Part shown: positions 7,675 through 19,883 of the stretch, piece by piece
Numbering within the stretch: position 1 is the stretch's first letter
How the letters are laid out: each line of letters starts with the position of its first letter
Origin: an uncultured Prevotella sp.
GTDB lineage: Bacteria; Bacteroidota; Bacteroidia; Bacteroidales; Bacteroidaceae
NCBI GenBank assembly: GCA_945830055.1
Contig: CALZXH010000002.1
Span: 17,737-81,736, forward strand
Direction: 5' to 3'
DNA: 64,000 bases
Notes under the pieces: generated by a model
Told to the model about the DNA's origin: nothing
The model's database searches: none
Seen by the model: only the letters and a program-made list of their open reading frames with translations
Position numbers and translations under genes: made by a program

Positions 7675-10137
7675 TTACCTTAACTCAGCGCCTAATTTGG
7701 AGGTCAGATTGGCTATCATCTTCTGCATGATAGCATCAATCTGCTTGTCCTTCAGAGTCTTGGAATCATCCTGCAAAATCAGGTTCACAGCATAACTCTT
7801 CTTGCCCTTTGGCAGATTCTGTCCTTCATAGACATCAAAGAGAACCACCTTTTTGAGCAGATTCTTCTCTGCTTGGCGGGCAATACTCTCTATCTGTTCA
7901 AACTCCACGTTATTATCTACCAGCAGCGCCAGACAGCGGCTTACAGAGGGATATTTGCTTATCTCCTTGTATTCCGTCTTGTGTCCGCGTACCATCTTGG
8001 CAAGTGCAGTCCAGTTGATTTCTGCATAATACACGGGGTCAGATATATCCATCATCTTGAGGACAGCCTTGCTGAGGATTCCCACCTCTGCAATCAACTT
8101 GCCGGAGCGATGCTCAATAGTGTAGCCTGCGGCAAAAACTTTGCTTACATTCTTTTTACGCACCACAGCATCGGTGGGCAGTCCCACACGGGCCAGGATA
8201 TTCTCCACATATGCCTCCAGTTCATAGATGCTACTATCCTCTTCGGGATGAATCCAGCAGTTCTCCACACGCTTACCGGTAAGCCACAACGCCAGATGAT
8301 GCTGTTCACGATAAGCCGCGATAGGCTTCTCCTCGTTCTTCTTTTCGCTGTCATACTGATAGACGTTTCCGAACTCGAACAGGCGGAGATTGCCATTCTT
8401 GTGCTTTGTGTTATACTCAATGCTTTCCAATCCTCCAAACAGCAGTGTCTGGCGCATCACATTCAAGTCGCTGCTCAGCGGATTCATGATTCTCACCAGA
8501 CGGGTAGAATCCAAAGTTTCCAGCTGTTCGTAATAGGCACTGCGGGTAAGCGAGTTGTTCAGGATCTCACGGAAACCGCAACCCACCAACTGCTCACTCA
8601 CCAAATTGGCCAGCGTATGTTTCTTGTCTTCATCCCCCTTCACCACCAGGCATCCCTTCAGTTGGGTTGGAATCTCCACGTTATTGTATCCGTAAATACG
8701 CAATATCTCTTCCACAACGTCGCACGGTCTCTGCACGTCCACCCGGTATGCCGGCACATGCAGCAACAGTCCTTGTTCGTTTTCTTCAACGATTGTCATT
8801 TCCAAACTTAAGCAGATATCCTTGATGTCTTGGGCGGGGATCTCCTTTCCTATCAGACTGTTGACATAACTGTACTGCAACTTCACGTCAGCCCCCTCTA
8901 TGGGTCTTGGATAGCAGTCGCAAATATCCATCGATATTTTTCCGCCAGCCAACTCCTTGCACAGGATGGCTGCCTGCTGCAGGGCATAAACCACATTGTC
9001 AGGGTCAATTCCACGTTCAAAGCGGAACGAGGCATCGGTACTCAACCCATGCTTGCGCGCACTCTTTCTAATCCAAGTAGGATGGAAATAGGCACTCTCC
9101 AGCACGATATTGGTAGTGGTTTCATAGGTTCCGCTACCCTTTCCTCCGAATATTCCCGCAATACACATGGGCTCTGACTCGTTGCAAATGCTCAAGTCGT
9201 GCTCGTCGAGCGTATGTTCCTCTCCATCCAGGGTAACAAACTTGGTACCGCTGGGCTGTGTCTTCACAAGAATGGAGTGCCCTTTCACCATATCCGCGTC
9301 AAAGCAATGCATGGGCTGTCCGTAAGCCATCATCACATAATTGGTGATGTCCACGATATTGTTGATGGGTCTCAGACCTACGGTTGTCAGTTTCTGTTGC
9401 AGCCACTGCGGACTCTCCTGCACTTTACAGCCGGTAATGCTGAGGCAGGCATATCGGGCACAAGCCTCTGTATTATGTATTTCCACACGGATAGGCAGGT
9501 CATGGTTGTCCACTACAAACTTGCTGCAATCCGGGCGATGCAAGTCTGTAGCATAGCCGTTACGCTTGAGCCAGGCATACAGGTCTCTCGCCACACCCCA
9601 GTGCGACAAGGCATCCGCACGGTTGGCGGTTATGTCCACCTCGATAAGCCAGTCGCTGTCCAGATGATAGTATTCCGCTGCAGGCGTACCTGTTTTGGCA
9701 TCCTGAGGAAGCACGATGATTCCCTCGTGGCTTGTGCCTATGCCTATCTCGTCTTCGGCACAAATCATGCCGCAGCTCTCTACGCCACGTAGTTTCGACT
9801 TCTTAATCACAAATTCCTTGTCACCATCATACAAGATGCAACCTAAGTCTGCCACAATCACCTTCTGACCTGCCGCTACATTAGGTGCTCCACAAACAAT
9901 CTGTGAAGGCTGCTCACGCCCCAAATCCACAGTAGTCACATGGAGATGATCTGAATTGGGATGAGGTTCACATGTAAGCACTTCTCCAACATACAGCCCT
10001 TTCAGTCCGCCCTTGATGCTCTGCACCTCTTCCAGGGCATCCACTTCAAGACCGATGGAGGTCAACACGTCACACACTTCCTGCGGGCTTAATTGGAAAT
10101 CTACATATTCCTTCAACCACTTATATGAAATATTCAT
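7675..10137 (-). CDS. pheT: Phenylalanyl-tRNA synthetase beta subunit
   Basis: MNISYKWLKEY, IVCGAPNV, LRGVESCGM, TDASFRFERG; ends with the LGAELR anticodon-binding domain. Confidence 0.97.
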   Translation of the reverse strand: MNISYKWLKEYVDFQLSPQEVCDVLTSIGLEVDALEEVQSIKGGLKGLYVGEVLTCEPHPNSDHLHVTTVDLGREQPSQIVCGAPNVAAGQKVIVADLGCILYDGDKEFVIKKSKLRGVESCGMICAEDEIGIGTSHEGIIVLPQDAKTGTPAAEYYHLDSDWLIEVDITANRADALSHWGVARDLYAWLKRNGYATDLHRPDCSKFVVDNHDLPIRVEIHNTEACARYACLSITGCKVQESPQWLQQKLTTVGLRPINNIVDITNYVMMAYGQPMHCFDADMVKGHSILVKTQPSGTKFVTLDGEEHTLDEHDLSICNESEPMCIAGIFGGKGSGTYETTTNIVLESAYFHPTWIRKSARKHGLSTDASFRFERGIDPDNVVYALQQAAILCKELAGGKISMDICDCYPRPIEGADVKLQYSYVNSLIGKEIPAQDIKDICLSLEMTIVEENEQGLLLHVPAYRVDVQRPCDVVEEILRIYGYNNVEIPTQLKGCLVVKGDEDKKHTLANLVSEQLVGCGFREILNNSLTRSAYYEQLETLDSTRLVRIMNPLSSDLNVMRQTLLFGGLESIEYNTKHKNGNLRLFEFGNVYQYDSEKKNEEKPIAAYREQHHLALWLTGKRVENCWIHPEEDSSIYELEAYVENILARVGLPTDAVVRKKNVSKVFAAGYTIEHRSGKLIAEVGILSKAVLKMMDISDPVYYAEINWTALAKMVRGHKTEYKEISKYPSVSRCLALLVDNNVEFEQIESIARQAEKNLLKKVVLFDVYEGQNLPKGKKSYAVNLILQDDSKTLKDKQIDAIMQKMIANLTSKLGAELR

Positions 10138-10209
10138 CTGACTTAACTATAAATAGAATTTTTAAAAATTGCCACAAAAGTAATACTTTTCCAGCATTTA
10201 TGCAAAGAA

Positions 10210-11397
10210 TCACCTGTTTTTATGAGATATAAACCACTGATGCACATAGAAATGATAGAGCAGCAACGACACGCCAACAAGGCACATGCATAGGTTCAAT
10301 GCCGAGATGCTGTCTTCACCAAACATACCGTATCCGATACCCATACCCAGAAAGAGCCCGCTTTCGCACACCAGCATGTAAGTGCTCTGAGCCGTTCCCC
10401 GCTGACAATGCTTGCTCAATCGTATGAAATACAGCAGGAAACGGGCGCCAATCAGTCCGTACGCCACGCCGATGAACAGGGGGGCCACATAATATACCGT
10501 CTGTACCTGTACGAACCTGTACAGCAGGATGGCACACAGCAACAGTATCAGTCCGGAAACCACTTCGCTCCTAAGATCGGCATTGGGGAAGACAAAGCGC
10601 TGGCACACCAAAGCCAGCAGGAAGCCACACATAATCATGCAGTAGAAAAGCACCGTGGTATTAAGCGACAGCAGCAGTCCTACGGTGATGATGACCGGTA
10701 GCAGGTTCAGATACAAGGGAAAACTATGAGGAAGGAAAAACCTGTCCAGACTCACCCGTTTCACGCTTTCGTCAGGGGCTCTGAAGGGGAAATGTACCGA
10801 TAGGATGAGCAATGCCGCCGCCACTGCGAATGCAGAAGAGACAAGAAGGACGCCGTCGAAACCTACGGGCAACGAATAGACCACGATGCCCAGCAAGGGT
10901 CCTAAAGCCAGCGAGAACCGCTGGAACCACGAAGCGCTATGGTTGGCCTCTGTACGCAAAAAAGATTCACAGGTATCATTTATAAGCGTGCTGCCCAACA
11001 CCATCTGCGCCAAGCCAAAGCACGCTCCCGACAGCAGGCGTAATAGCTCAACTACCGGCACTTCCGGGAAGAGGCGCGAGAGAATAGGCTCGTAATGCAG
11101 GGTCAAGGTGCTGATTATCAGCAAAAATATACTCATCACGCACACCACGTTCCTCCTGTACCGTTGTACCAGATAAGAGCAGAACGCGCCCAACAGCCAC
11201 AGACCGCCCGTGAAAGCGAAGAGCATATGTCCCACATGGACAAAGGTGTAGGTGCCCCTGCCTAAAAGCCACAACGGCAACACGGGAATGAACATATACA
11301 CCGAAACCGAGAGGAACAGATGCGTCAAGGCAATCAGCCAGAAGTCTTTATGCCACAGATTGATGTGTACAGGTGTATTCTGATTGTTCATGCTCAA
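10210..11397 (-). CDS. MFS transporter
   Basis: 395 aa, about 12 TM helices, RGTAQSTY motif. Overlaps the panB stop by 4 nt. Confidence 0.8.
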   Translation of the reverse strand: MSMNNQNTPVHINLWHKDFWLIALTHLFLSVSVYMFIPVLPLWLLGRGTYTFVHVGHMLFAFTGGLWLLGAFCSYLVQRYRRNVVCVMSIFLLIISTLTLHYEPILSRLFPEVPVVELLRLLSGACFGLAQMVLGSTLINDTCESFLRTEANHSASWFQRFSLALGPLLGIVVYSLPVGFDGVLLVSSAFAVAAALLILSVHFPFRAPDESVKRVSLDRFFLPHSFPLYLNLLPVIITVGLLLSLNTTVLFYCMIMCGFLLALVCQRFVFPNADLRSEVVSGLILLLCAILLYRFVQVQTVYYVAPLFIGVAYGLIGARFLLYFIRLSKHCQRGTAQSTYMLVCESGLFLGMGIGYGMFGEDSISALNLCMCLVGVSLLLYHFYVHQWFISHKNR

Positions 11398-12215
11398 TAA
11401 GATTCGCTCTCCAGGGGGAAATCGCCGTTTTTCACATCCTCCACATACCTGCCGATCGCATCGGTCATCACCGAGTTGAGGTCGGCATAGCGCCTCAGGA
11501 AGCGCGGGCGGAATCCTTGTGTCATGCCCAGCATATCAGCCACAACCAGCACCTGTCCGTCGGTATGCGCTCCTGCTCCAATACCAATGGTGGGTATCGA
11601 AATCTCGCTACTCACCTGGGCAGCCAAAGCGGCTGGCACCTTTTCCAATACGATGCCAAAACAACCCACCTCGGCCAGCACATGGGCGTCATGAATCAGC
11701 TTTTCAGCCTCTTCCTTTTCTTTTGCCCTCACACTGTAAGTACCGAATTTATTGATGCTTTGAGGTGTCAGTCCCAGATGGCCCATCACGGGTATTCCCG
11801 CATCGAGTATATGCCTAATGGTATCGGCAATCTCCTCTCCGCCTTCCAGTTTCAAGGCATCGCATCCACTCTCCTTCATGATGCGGATGGCATTGCGCAC
11901 GCCGTCAGAGCAGCTCGACTGATAGCTGCCGAAGGGCATATCGCACACTACGAGCGCCCTGTTGACCGCCCTGACCACTGAACGGGCATGGTAAATCATC
12001 TGATCTACGGTGATGGGAAGTGTAGTGGCATTACCCGCCATCACGTTGGAAGCAGAATCTCCTACCAGTATACAGTCCACTCCGGCTTTGTCCACTATAC
12101 CAGCCGTGGTATAGTCATACGAGGTGAGCATGGAGATTTTCTCGCCTCTCTGCTTCATTTCCACCAGCCGGTGGGTGGTAACCTTTCTATTGTCAGTAAC
12201 TAAATAACCTGCCAT
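11394..12215 (-). CDS. panB: 3-methyl-2-oxobutanoate hydroxymethyltransferase
   Basis: [35 protein letters not shown]. Confidence 0.97.
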   Translation of the reverse strand: MAGYLVTDNRKVTTHRLVEMKQRGEKISMLTSYDYTTAGIVDKAGVDCILVGDSASNVMAGNATTLPITVDQMIYHARSVVRAVNRALVVCDMPFGSYQSSCSDGVRNAIRIMKESGCDALKLEGGEEIADTIRHILDAGIPVMGHLGLTPQSINKFGTYSVRAKEKEEAEKLIHDAHVLAEVGCFGIVLEKVPAALAAQVSSEISIPTIGIGAGAHTDGQVLVVADMLGMTQGFRPRFLRRYADLNSVMTDAIGRYVEDVKNGDFPLESESY

Positions 12216-12233
12216 AATGATATAATGAATAAC

Positions 12234-12890
12234 TTAATCTTGACGAATCAGGTTCATGCAGTCTTCCACACCAAAATGGGTGTAATCGCTGATAACCACA
12301 TGAGAATAAGGGGCAATGGCATCGGGAGTATTGGTAGTGGCAAGACCTACCACCTTCATCTGTGCGGCACAGCCCGATTGAAGTCCGTTGAAACTGTCTT
12401 CAAACACGATACATTCCTCCTTGGCGGCTGCAAAACGGCTTGCCGCAGTAAGGTAGCAGTCGGGCTCGGGCTTGCTTGCCGAGAAATCCTCTGCCGTGAG
12501 AATCTCGTCGAATAAGGATTTGAACTCCGGGCATTTTGCATACACATTTTCCATCTTATGGCGGTTGGAACTCGTGACTACTGCCGTTTTGACTCCGTGC
12601 ACACGCAACTCGCCAACAAACTGCAAAAAGCCTTTGACATAACGGAACGACATGCCTTTTTCAAACTGATTGAGCCTGTCTGTTATCAGGTCTCTGTACG
12701 AGGCAAGTTCGCCGTCAAAATAGTTGTCGTAAATCTGCTGCAGGGTCTGTCCCTTGATCAGCTGTGAAAAAAGGGGTAGCTCCGGATGGTATTCCTTTCC
12801 TTGCTGTGCCCAAAACTCCGAGTATTGTGACTCAGTATCAAACACCACTCCGTCCAAATCGAACAATGCAGCGACAAACCTTTTTACCAT
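12234..12890 (-). CDS. HAD-family phosphatase (beta-PGM/CbbY-like)
   Basis: FDLDGVVFDTE, VTSS, KPEPD, VFEDSFNG. Confidence 0.9.
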   Translation of the reverse strand: MVKRFVAALFDLDGVVFDTESQYSEFWAQQGKEYHPELPLFSQLIKGQTLQQIYDNYFDGELASYRDLITDRLNQFEKGMSFRYVKGFLQFVGELRVHGVKTAVVTSSNRHKMENVYAKCPEFKSLFDEILTAEDFSASKPEPDCYLTAASRFAAAKEECIVFEDSFNGLQSGCAAQMKVVGLATTNTPDAIAPYSHVVISDYTHFGVEDCMNLIRQD

Positions 12891-12957
12891 GCCATTTTCA
12901 TTTTTCAAGCTGCAAAGTTACACAAATATTTCGAGCCGCGTCACATCAGCCCCATAT

Positions 12958-14607
12958 TTATTTCGGGATATAGTATCTGTCGCCTGAGTTTTTCAGCAGT
13001 TCGCGCTTGTAGTTGTCAGAATATCCGGGTCTTACAGGAGCTGCGGGCAATCCGTAAGGAGTCATCACAAACTTTCCATCCTTCTCGGGTTTGACCACCA
13101 TATCGTTGTATTTCACGATGAGATAAACCGCCAGTTGCTTCCATCTGTCAAGCATCTGCTGCGCCTTCAGTTGTGAGTAAGCGGTAAGATAACTTATGGC
13201 ATCGTCTGGTGACAAGGAATGACGTCGGAGCGCCTCCTGCTCTATCTCTGTCTGTATCGTGAGGTAAGAGGAGTCGAGCGAGTCTCTGACAGTCTGCAGA
13301 CTGCCAAACATCTGGCTGTATCTGGGATAGACCATATTGCTCACCCAATTGCATACCCAAAAGGCATTGTCCATGCTGAAGTTCACTCCATCGGCACCGG
13401 GAGTGGCGTAGCACACGGGAGCACTCGAAACGGAGCAATAGACGGGTGTGAAGGGTGCCATATTGGCATCGTCATTGCAGAACCACAGGATGCCTCCTAT
13501 CTCGCGGGGCAGCCATGAGCGCATCTGACTGACATACACAAAGGCAGACTGTTGCGTGCTGATGGGGCGCTCGTTGAAGCAAGTCTTGCCATCATACTTG
13601 TATGCCAATGGCGTGGGCCGATAAGGCATCTCCCATATTCCGCCACCTATATCGCTGTCCAAAGAAAAGGGCGTACCTTCATAATGGTCGCGCATACACG
13701 CCATCACATCGGCAAGCGATACCTTTCTGTCAGGCACCAGCCACAACGGCATGGGTTCGGCATCAGCCACCTTGCCTTCAGCGTAAGGCAGGTAGCGCTC
13801 CATGCCTTTAGAAAAATGGTTAAAGAAGCTCCATACGCGTGCCTCGCAATACCTGCGCCCTGCGAAATCGGGGGCGGCATATACATCGCAGAAGCTGAAA
13901 TCGGCATCCTTACCCATATACCAGCCTTGCGATTTGGCAAAGGTCACCACGTTTTTAGAATACATCACGTTTTTCTTGTCCTTCATGTCGAAGGTGCGAA
14001 TCCGACTTTGATTGGCGTGGGCACAGATAGCCTCATCGGGAATACGCATTGCCACCCATACCACACCCTTGCTACCTGGTCCGCAGCCCATCATCTCCAT
14101 AATCCAAGCCTCGTTGGGGTCGCATATCGTAAAGGTTTCCCCTTCGCTGTTATATCCGTATTTCTCTGCCAGTGAAGTCATTACAGCAATAGCCTCGCGT
14201 GCGGTCTTGGCACGTTGCAATCCCATAAGCATCAGAGAACCGTAGTCGAACAGACCTGTAGAATCCACCATCTCTTCCCTTCCGCCGAAGGTGGTTTCGC
14301 CTAACGTCACCTGATATTCATTAATATTGCCCACCACCTTATAGGTTTCCGGTGCCTGTGGAAGGCTGCCATGGAACTTGTGTGTGTCGAGATCAACGAT
14401 GTTTACCATCTCGCCTTTGGCATGGACGCCGGCCGGATAATAGTCCAACTTGCGGAATGCGCCATAATCGTCACAACTATAGGTGCAGAAAACGGAGCCG
14501 TCGGCGCTTGCCTTTTTCCCTACTATCAGATTGGTACACGCCAGCACGTCGCATAGGGGCAGCAATGACAGACAGACAAGCAGTGCTCTTTGAAACAGTT
14601 TTACCAT
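12958..14607 (-). CDS. C69 family dipeptidase (secreted)
   Basis: Signal peptide followed by the Ntn nucleophile CTNLIVGKKASADGS; NEYQVTLGETT; ERPISTQQ. Start at ATG 14607. Confidence 0.9.
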   Translation of the reverse strand: MVKLFQRALLVCLSLLPLCDVLACTNLIVGKKASADGSVFCTYSCDDYGAFRKLDYYPAGVHAKGEMVNIVDLDTHKFHGSLPQAPETYKVVGNINEYQVTLGETTFGGREEMVDSTGLFDYGSLMLMGLQRAKTAREAIAVMTSLAEKYGYNSEGETFTICDPNEAWIMEMMGCGPGSKGVVWVAMRIPDEAICAHANQSRIRTFDMKDKKNVMYSKNVVTFAKSQGWYMGKDADFSFCDVYAAPDFAGRRYCEARVWSFFNHFSKGMERYLPYAEGKVADAEPMPLWLVPDRKVSLADVMACMRDHYEGTPFSLDSDIGGGIWEMPYRPTPLAYKYDGKTCFNERPISTQQSAFVYVSQMRSWLPREIGGILWFCNDDANMAPFTPVYCSVSSAPVCYATPGADGVNFSMDNAFWVCNWVSNMVYPRYSQMFGSLQTVRDSLDSSYLTIQTEIEQEALRRHSLSPDDAISYLTAYSQLKAQQMLDRWKQLAVYLIVKYNDMVVKPEKDGKFVMTPYGLPAAPVRPGYSDNYKRELLKNSGDRYYIPK

Positions 14608-14645
14608 AAAAGGATGTGCAAAAAAATGAAGGTGAAAACTTGCCG

Positions 14646-15494
14646 TCAACAGGCCTTGAAACTCATGTCCAGTCCTTTGACCGAATGGGTAAGGGCGCCT
14701 ACGGAAACATAATCCACGCCACACTCTGCATAGTTGCGGATGGTGTCGAAGGTGATGCCACCGCTCGATTCCGTTTCGTATTTGCCGCCGATAATCTCTA
14801 CCGCCTTGCGGGTATCAGCCACCGAGAAGTTGTCGAGCATGATGCGATGCACACCGCCACAGTCGAGTACCTGCTGCAACTCATCGAAATTGCGTACCTC
14901 TATCTCAATCTTCAGGTCAAGATTCTTCTCTGCAAGATACTCGTGGCAACGGTGGATAGCATTGCTTATGCCGCCTGCAAAGTCCACGTGATTATCTTTC
15001 AACAATATCATGTCAAACAGTCCAATACGGTGGTTGCATCCTCCGCCAATCTTTACCGCCTGTTTTTCAAGCATTCGCATACCGGGAGTGGTTTTTCTGG
15101 TATCGAGCACTCTGGTATGGGTACCCTCAAGCTTTTCCACATAGCGGTGGGTCATGGTGGCAATACCGCTCATGCGCTGCATGATATTGAGCATCAGTCT
15201 CTCTGTCTGCAACAGCGAGCGTACCTTGCCGGTCACTACCATCGCCACATCTCCCTTGACCACTTTGTCGCCATCCTGTTTCAGGGTCTCTACCTGCATG
15301 GTGCTGTCAAATCGGCGGAACACCTCTTTTGCCACTTCCACTCCCGCCAATATCCCATCTTCCTTGATGAGCAACTGCGACTTTCCCATCACGTCCTGCG
15401 GAATGCAGCACAGGGTTGTATGGTCACCATCACCAATATCTTCTGCAAATGCCAGATCTATCAACGCATCCGTAAGTTCTTCTACGCTCAGCAT
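14646..15494 (-). CDS. nadC: Nicotinate-nucleotide diphosphorylase (carboxylating)
   Basis: EDIGDGDHTT, DTRKTTPG, LKDNH, IMLDNF, SVGALTH. Confidence 0.97.
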   Translation of the reverse strand: MLSVEELTDALIDLAFAEDIGDGDHTTLCCIPQDVMGKSQLLIKEDGILAGVEVAKEVFRRFDSTMQVETLKQDGDKVVKGDVAMVVTGKVRSLLQTERLMLNIMQRMSGIATMTHRYVEKLEGTHTRVLDTRKTTPGMRMLEKQAVKIGGGCNHRIGLFDMILLKDNHVDFAGGISNAIHRCHEYLAEKNLDLKIEIEVRNFDELQQVLDCGGVHRIMLDNFSVADTRKAVEIIGGKYETESSGGITFDTIRNYAECGVDYVSVGALTHSVKGLDMSFKAC

Positions 15495-15737
15495 ATCTTA
15501 ACAATATTTGAATTAAACTATCTTGGCTCCAGCTGTTTTCACGCCTTGCAGCCACTATCATAACCGAGCACAAAGATACTGTGTTTTTTTGTAATACGGG
15601 CAGCTTTCCTGCGTTTTTTTGCCGTTTGTCCTAACTGTTGCACACAACTGACGGGACGCCATCAAACCGACAGCATCCTAACAGCAGGTCAAGCGCCTGG
15701 CATCATGCCTCCAACCGGAGAGTATGGGTATCTATCT

Positions 15738-16217
15738 TCAGAGATAAACGCCCAAACCTACCCTCACACCAAAGGTACTGTAATCGCCGTGATTCTTGAA
15801 CGACTGGTCATAGAACAACTCGGGTTCTACGGTGACAGACTTGTTCAAGAAGAAGGAGTAACCAATCTGTATGCCGGGCATAAAGTCGTTGAAATCGGTA
15901 GTGTAGTGCTTGATGGAAACGCCAGCTCCAAGATACAAGCCATTCTGCACGATATAATAGCGCACACCTCCACCAATACTGTAACTTGCGGGAACATCGT
16001 TCTTCTTGTCATACGAAAGCTGCGCAGTTACCATCCAGTCGTCCTGCAAAAAATATCCCGCCTTAGCCTGAATGCCAAAACTGCCCTTTTCGGAGCCGTT
16101 GTAACTAAGACTGGCACCCGACAACGAAGAGCCTATGTACTTGGTACCTTTTTCGAATTGAGCACTAACGGTAATTGCTACGAGCAACAGGATGAGTGAA
16201 ACAATACTTCTTTTCAT
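15738..16217 (-). CDS. Small outer-membrane beta-barrel protein
   Basis: Signal peptide, alternating amphipathic strands, C-terminal GVRVGLGVYL. Confidence 0.8.
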   Translation of the reverse strand: MKRSIVSLILLLVAITVSAQFEKGTKYIGSSLSGASLSYNGSEKGSFGIQAKAGYFLQDDWMVTAQLSYDKKNDVPASYSIGGGVRYYIVQNGLYLGAGVSIKHYTTDFNDFMPGIQIGYSFFLNKSVTVEPELFYDQSFKNHGDYSTFGVRVGLGVYL

Positions 16218-16308
16218 ATACTTGAATTTTGAATTGAATAATATTCTTATTATAGGTATGCCCCATCGACAAGATCATATCTGTTAAATACTTATTGACC
16301 GACCAGCA

Positions 16309-17769
16309 TTAATTTTTACGTGAGAAAACCGCTTTCTTGAAATAGATGAAAGTGAGCAACAGGGTGAAAGCCGCTGCCAGGAAATAGCCCGGCACGCTGT
16401 CCAAATGGAGCATCTGACGCGATACCATGAAGAACGACGAGCACACCATGGTCATGAACACAGCAGGAACGAGCGTGATGATATAGGGCTTGCGCTTGTG
16501 TGCCAGATAGACGGAGAGCATCCACAAAGTGGCCACAGACATCGACTGGTTGAACCATCCGAAATACTGCCAGATAACCTTGAAGCCGTCGGGATTCTCA
16601 ATCTGCCACACCAACAGCAATATGGTGAGAGCGAACAGGGGCGCGCTCACATACAGACGCTTGAGCACAGGCTTCTGGTCAATATTGAAAAATTCCGCCA
16701 CGCACAGACGGGCAGAGCGCAACGCCGTATCGCCACTGGTGATGGGAGCCGCCACGATGCCCAGCAAAGCCAACAGACCGCCCACCATTCCCAACCAGTC
16801 GTTGCATACAATATATGCCACCTTGGGCGCAGAGGTGATGAAGCCGCCGGCTGTCAAAGGAGAGTCAATAACCTCATAGCCCGGCGTGGGCGAGGCATAG
16901 AAAAAGTAGGAGGAAACCGTAGCCCAGATAAGAGCAACCAAACCTTCGGTAATCATGGCTCCGTAGAAGATTGGGCATCCCTTGTGCTCCGAGGACATGC
17001 AACGCGCCATAAGAGGCGTCTGGGTGGCATGGAATCCGCTTATCGCACCACACGCAACGGTGATGAAGAGACAGGGGAAAAGGGTGTCTTTCCACGAGGA
17101 ATCCACTGTAAGTGCCTTGTTGCCCAGACCATCCCAGAACTCAGGCAGATCAGGGAACTTAGCGATAAGCACACACAACAGGGCAACCGCCATGAAGAGT
17201 AGAGATATGGCAAATACAGGATAGATTCTGCCGATAATCTTGTCGATGGGCAGCATGGTGGCGATGAAATAGTAGGCGAAGATGGTGAGCACCCACATAA
17301 GCGTAGGACCGCCGATGGAATGTAATATCTCCGCAGGACTATATACAAATACGGCTCCCACCAGTATCAGTAGCATCACGGAAAACACCAGCATCAGTTT
17401 CTGCATCCTGTCGCCCAAGTACTTGCCGATAAGTTTGGGCCAGCCCATGCCGCCATTTCTCAGAGAGAGCATGCCACTGAGATAGTCATGGGTAGCTCCT
17501 GCGAACACACATCCCAACACAATCCACAGATAGCAGGAAGGCCCGAACTTGGCACCCATGATGGCGCCGAAGATTGGTCCCGTTCCTGCGATGTTGAGGA
17601 ACTGTATCATAAATATTTTCCACGAGGGAAGCACCATGTAGTCAACCCCATCAGCCATGCTGACAGCGGGGGTGGTTCGATTGTCGGGACCAAACACGCG
17701 CTCCACAAACTTGCCATACACAAAGTATGCGACAATCAGAACAACTAAACTGATTAAAAAAGAAATCAT
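16309..17769 (-). CDS. cstA: Carbon starvation CstA family transporter
   Basis: DGVDY, QFLNIAGTGPIFG, ACGAISGFHATQ, PITSGDTALR. Confidence 0.92.
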   Translation of the reverse strand: MISFLISLVVLIVAYFVYGKFVERVFGPDNRTTPAVSMADGVDYMVLPSWKIFMIQFLNIAGTGPIFGAIMGAKFGPSCYLWIVLGCVFAGATHDYLSGMLSLRNGGMGWPKLIGKYLGDRMQKLMLVFSVMLLILVGAVFVYSPAEILHSIGGPTLMWVLTIFAYYFIATMLPIDKIIGRIYPVFAISLLFMAVALLCVLIAKFPDLPEFWDGLGNKALTVDSSWKDTLFPCLFITVACGAISGFHATQTPLMARCMSSEHKGCPIFYGAMITEGLVALIWATVSSYFFYASPTPGYEVIDSPLTAGGFITSAPKVAYIVCNDWLGMVGGLLALLGIVAAPITSGDTALRSARLCVAEFFNIDQKPVLKRLYVSAPLFALTILLLVWQIENPDGFKVIWQYFGWFNQSMSVATLWMLSVYLAHKRKPYIITLVPAVFMTMVCSSFFMVSRQMLHLDSVPGYFLAAAFTLLLTFIYFKKAVFSRKN

Positions 17770-17860
17770 TCTTGCTTGGTTATTTGTCGTTGCAAAAGTA
17801 ACGATTTTTATTCGGAAAATGAAAAAAATATAATAACTTTGCATCAAAATCAGACGATTA

Positions 17861-19315
17861 ATGCGAGTTTTTCACCTTTTCAGATACAAGGCGTGCCTGT
17901 TGTTCTGCCTATTGGCAATGACGTTGACCGGCGCCAAAGGTGCAGACTCTGACAGTTATCTGCTGTTTGCGGCACCCAAACACGAAGTAAGGGCGGTATG
18001 GCTGACCACGCTGGGAGGACTGGACTGGCCACGCTCCTACAGCCAGACAGCCACCTCTAAAGAAAGACAGCAAAGAGAGTTGTGCCGGATGCTGGACAGG
18101 CTGAAAGAGGCAGGCATCAACACCATACTGCTACAGACACGTATCAGGGCAACCACCATCTACCCCTCATCATACGAACCTTGGGACGGATGTCTCAGCG
18201 GCATCCCCGGAAAATCGCCCCAATACGATGCGCTTCAGTTTGCGATAGAGGCGTGCCATCAGAGGGGACTGGAACTGCATGCCTGGGTGGTGGCGCTGCC
18301 TGCGGGCAAATGGAACCAGAAGGGGTGCGCCAATCTGAGGAAAAGACATCCAGGCATGATGAAAAAGGTGGGCGATGAGGGTTTTCTTAACCCCGAATAC
18401 GAGGGAACGGCAGACTACCTGGCGGGGATATGCAGGGAAATAGCTGTCAATTATGACGTGGACGGCATCCATCTGGACTATATCCGCTATCCTGAAACGT
18501 GGAAGATAAAACGGACGGGCAACAAGGAGCGCGCCAACATCACCCGTATAGTATCGCAAGTGAACGCTGCCGTAAAGCGCGAAAAACCGTGGGTAAGATT
18601 GAGTTGTTCGCCAATAGGCAAGCACGACGACCTGGCACGCTACTCCAGCAAGGGCTGGAACTCGTTTGGCAGAGTGGGACAAGACGCGCAGACTTGGGTA
18701 AAGCTCGGACTGATGGACCATCTCTACCCTATGCTCTACTTCAAAGGGAACGACTTCTATCCTTTTCTGCTCGACTGGATAGAACAATGCGGAAACAATC
18801 AAGTGGTGGCAGGACTGGCAGCCTACATGCTGTCTCCCCGGGAAAGAGACTGGCCGCTGGAAACCATCGCGAGACAGTTGCAGGTAGGCAGGAGCTGGCG
18901 CACAGGCTACGCCCTGTTCAGAACCCGCTTCTTTCTGGACGACACCAAGGGTATATATTCGTTCGTCAGGAACCAGTTCAACTTCACCTTGGCTTTGACA
19001 CCCCCCATGAGCAACTGCTACAGCTCCTCGATACCGTTACCTCCGAAACAGGTAAGACTTGACCGAACCGCAGACAACGACTGTCTGTACTGGCTGCAGG
19101 ACGCTGACAACAAGGACAACAATTACCTGATGTATAATGTCTACGCCTCGCCACAAGCCCACTTTGACACCGAGGATGCGCGATGGCTTGTAGCAGCCCG
19201 CGTGAGGGGCAACCACATACAAATAGGCCGAAGAAGCGGCAAAATACCTATGAACTATGCCGTTACGGCGATGGATCGCTACGGCAATGAAAGTAAAGCT
19301 GTATATGTTAATTAA
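17861..19315 (+). CDS. Glycosyl hydrolase-like 10 (YddW/DigH-like) protein with C-terminal FN3-like domain
   Basis: [48 protein letters not shown]. Confidence 0.88.
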   Translation: MRVFHLFRYKACLLFCLLAMTLTGAKGADSDSYLLFAAPKHEVRAVWLTTLGGLDWPRSYSQTATSKERQQRELCRMLDRLKEAGINTILLQTRIRATTIYPSSYEPWDGCLSGIPGKSPQYDALQFAIEACHQRGLELHAWVVALPAGKWNQKGCANLRKRHPGMMKKVGDEGFLNPEYEGTADYLAGICREIAVNYDVDGIHLDYIRYPETWKIKRTGNKERANITRIVSQVNAAVKREKPWVRLSCSPIGKHDDLARYSSKGWNSFGRVGQDAQTWVKLGLMDHLYPMLYFKGNDFYPFLLDWIEQCGNNQVVAGLAAYMLSPRERDWPLETIARQLQVGRSWRTGYALFRTRFFLDDTKGIYSFVRNQFNFTLALTPPMSNCYSSSIPLPPKQVRLDRTADNDCLYWLQDADNKDNNYLMYNVYASPQAHFDTEDARWLVAARVRGNHIQIGRRSGKIPMNYAVTAMDRYGNESKAVYVN

Positions 19316-19883
19316 AGACAAGATAATACTGGGTATCGACCCTGGCACCAACATCATGGGTTACGGTCTACTCAAGATTACGAACAACAAGGCATCCATG
19401 ATGACCATGGGAGTGATAGACTTGAGGAAGTTTGCTGACGGATACCTCAAACTGGGGCATATCTTCAAACGGGTAACTGCCATCATCGACACTTACCTAC
19501 CCGATGAAATGTCGATTGAGGCACCTTTTTTCGGAAAGAACGTGCAGTCTATGCTGAAACTGGGAAGGGCGCAGGGTACCGCCATTGCGGCTGCCATCAA
19601 CCACGGCATACCCATACACGAATATGCTCCACTGAAAATAAAGATGGCGATAACCGGACAGGGACAGGCTTCGAAAGAGCAGGTGGCGGGTATGCTGCAA
19701 CGGTTGCTGCATATTCCGGAAGACGACATGCACACCTTTATGGATGCGACCGATGCCTTAGGGGCTGCCTACTGCCACTACCTGCAACTGGGACGGCCCG
19801 AATCGCAGGCGCACTACCGGGGCTGGAAAGACTATATCAACAGAAATCAAGACAAGATATGCAACAAACAATCATCCAAATAG
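19305..19883 (+). CDS. ruvC: Holliday junction resolvase
   Basis: [32 protein letters not shown]. Confidence 0.96.
   Translation: MLIKDKIILGIDPGTNIMGYGLLKITNNKASMMTMGVIDLRKFADGYLKLGHIFKRVTAIIDTYLPDEMSIEAPFFGKNVQSMLKLGRAQGTAIAAAINHGIPIHEYAPLKIKMAITGQGQASKEQVAGMLQRLLHIPEDDMHTFMDATDALGAAYCHYLQLGRPESQAHYRGWKDYINRNQDKICNKQSSK

Noticed and set aside
15495-15570. Possible NAD-sensing leader upstream of nadC
   Set aside because: Only a weak TGGCT/AGCCA stem; I recognise no riboswitch consensus or expression platform.
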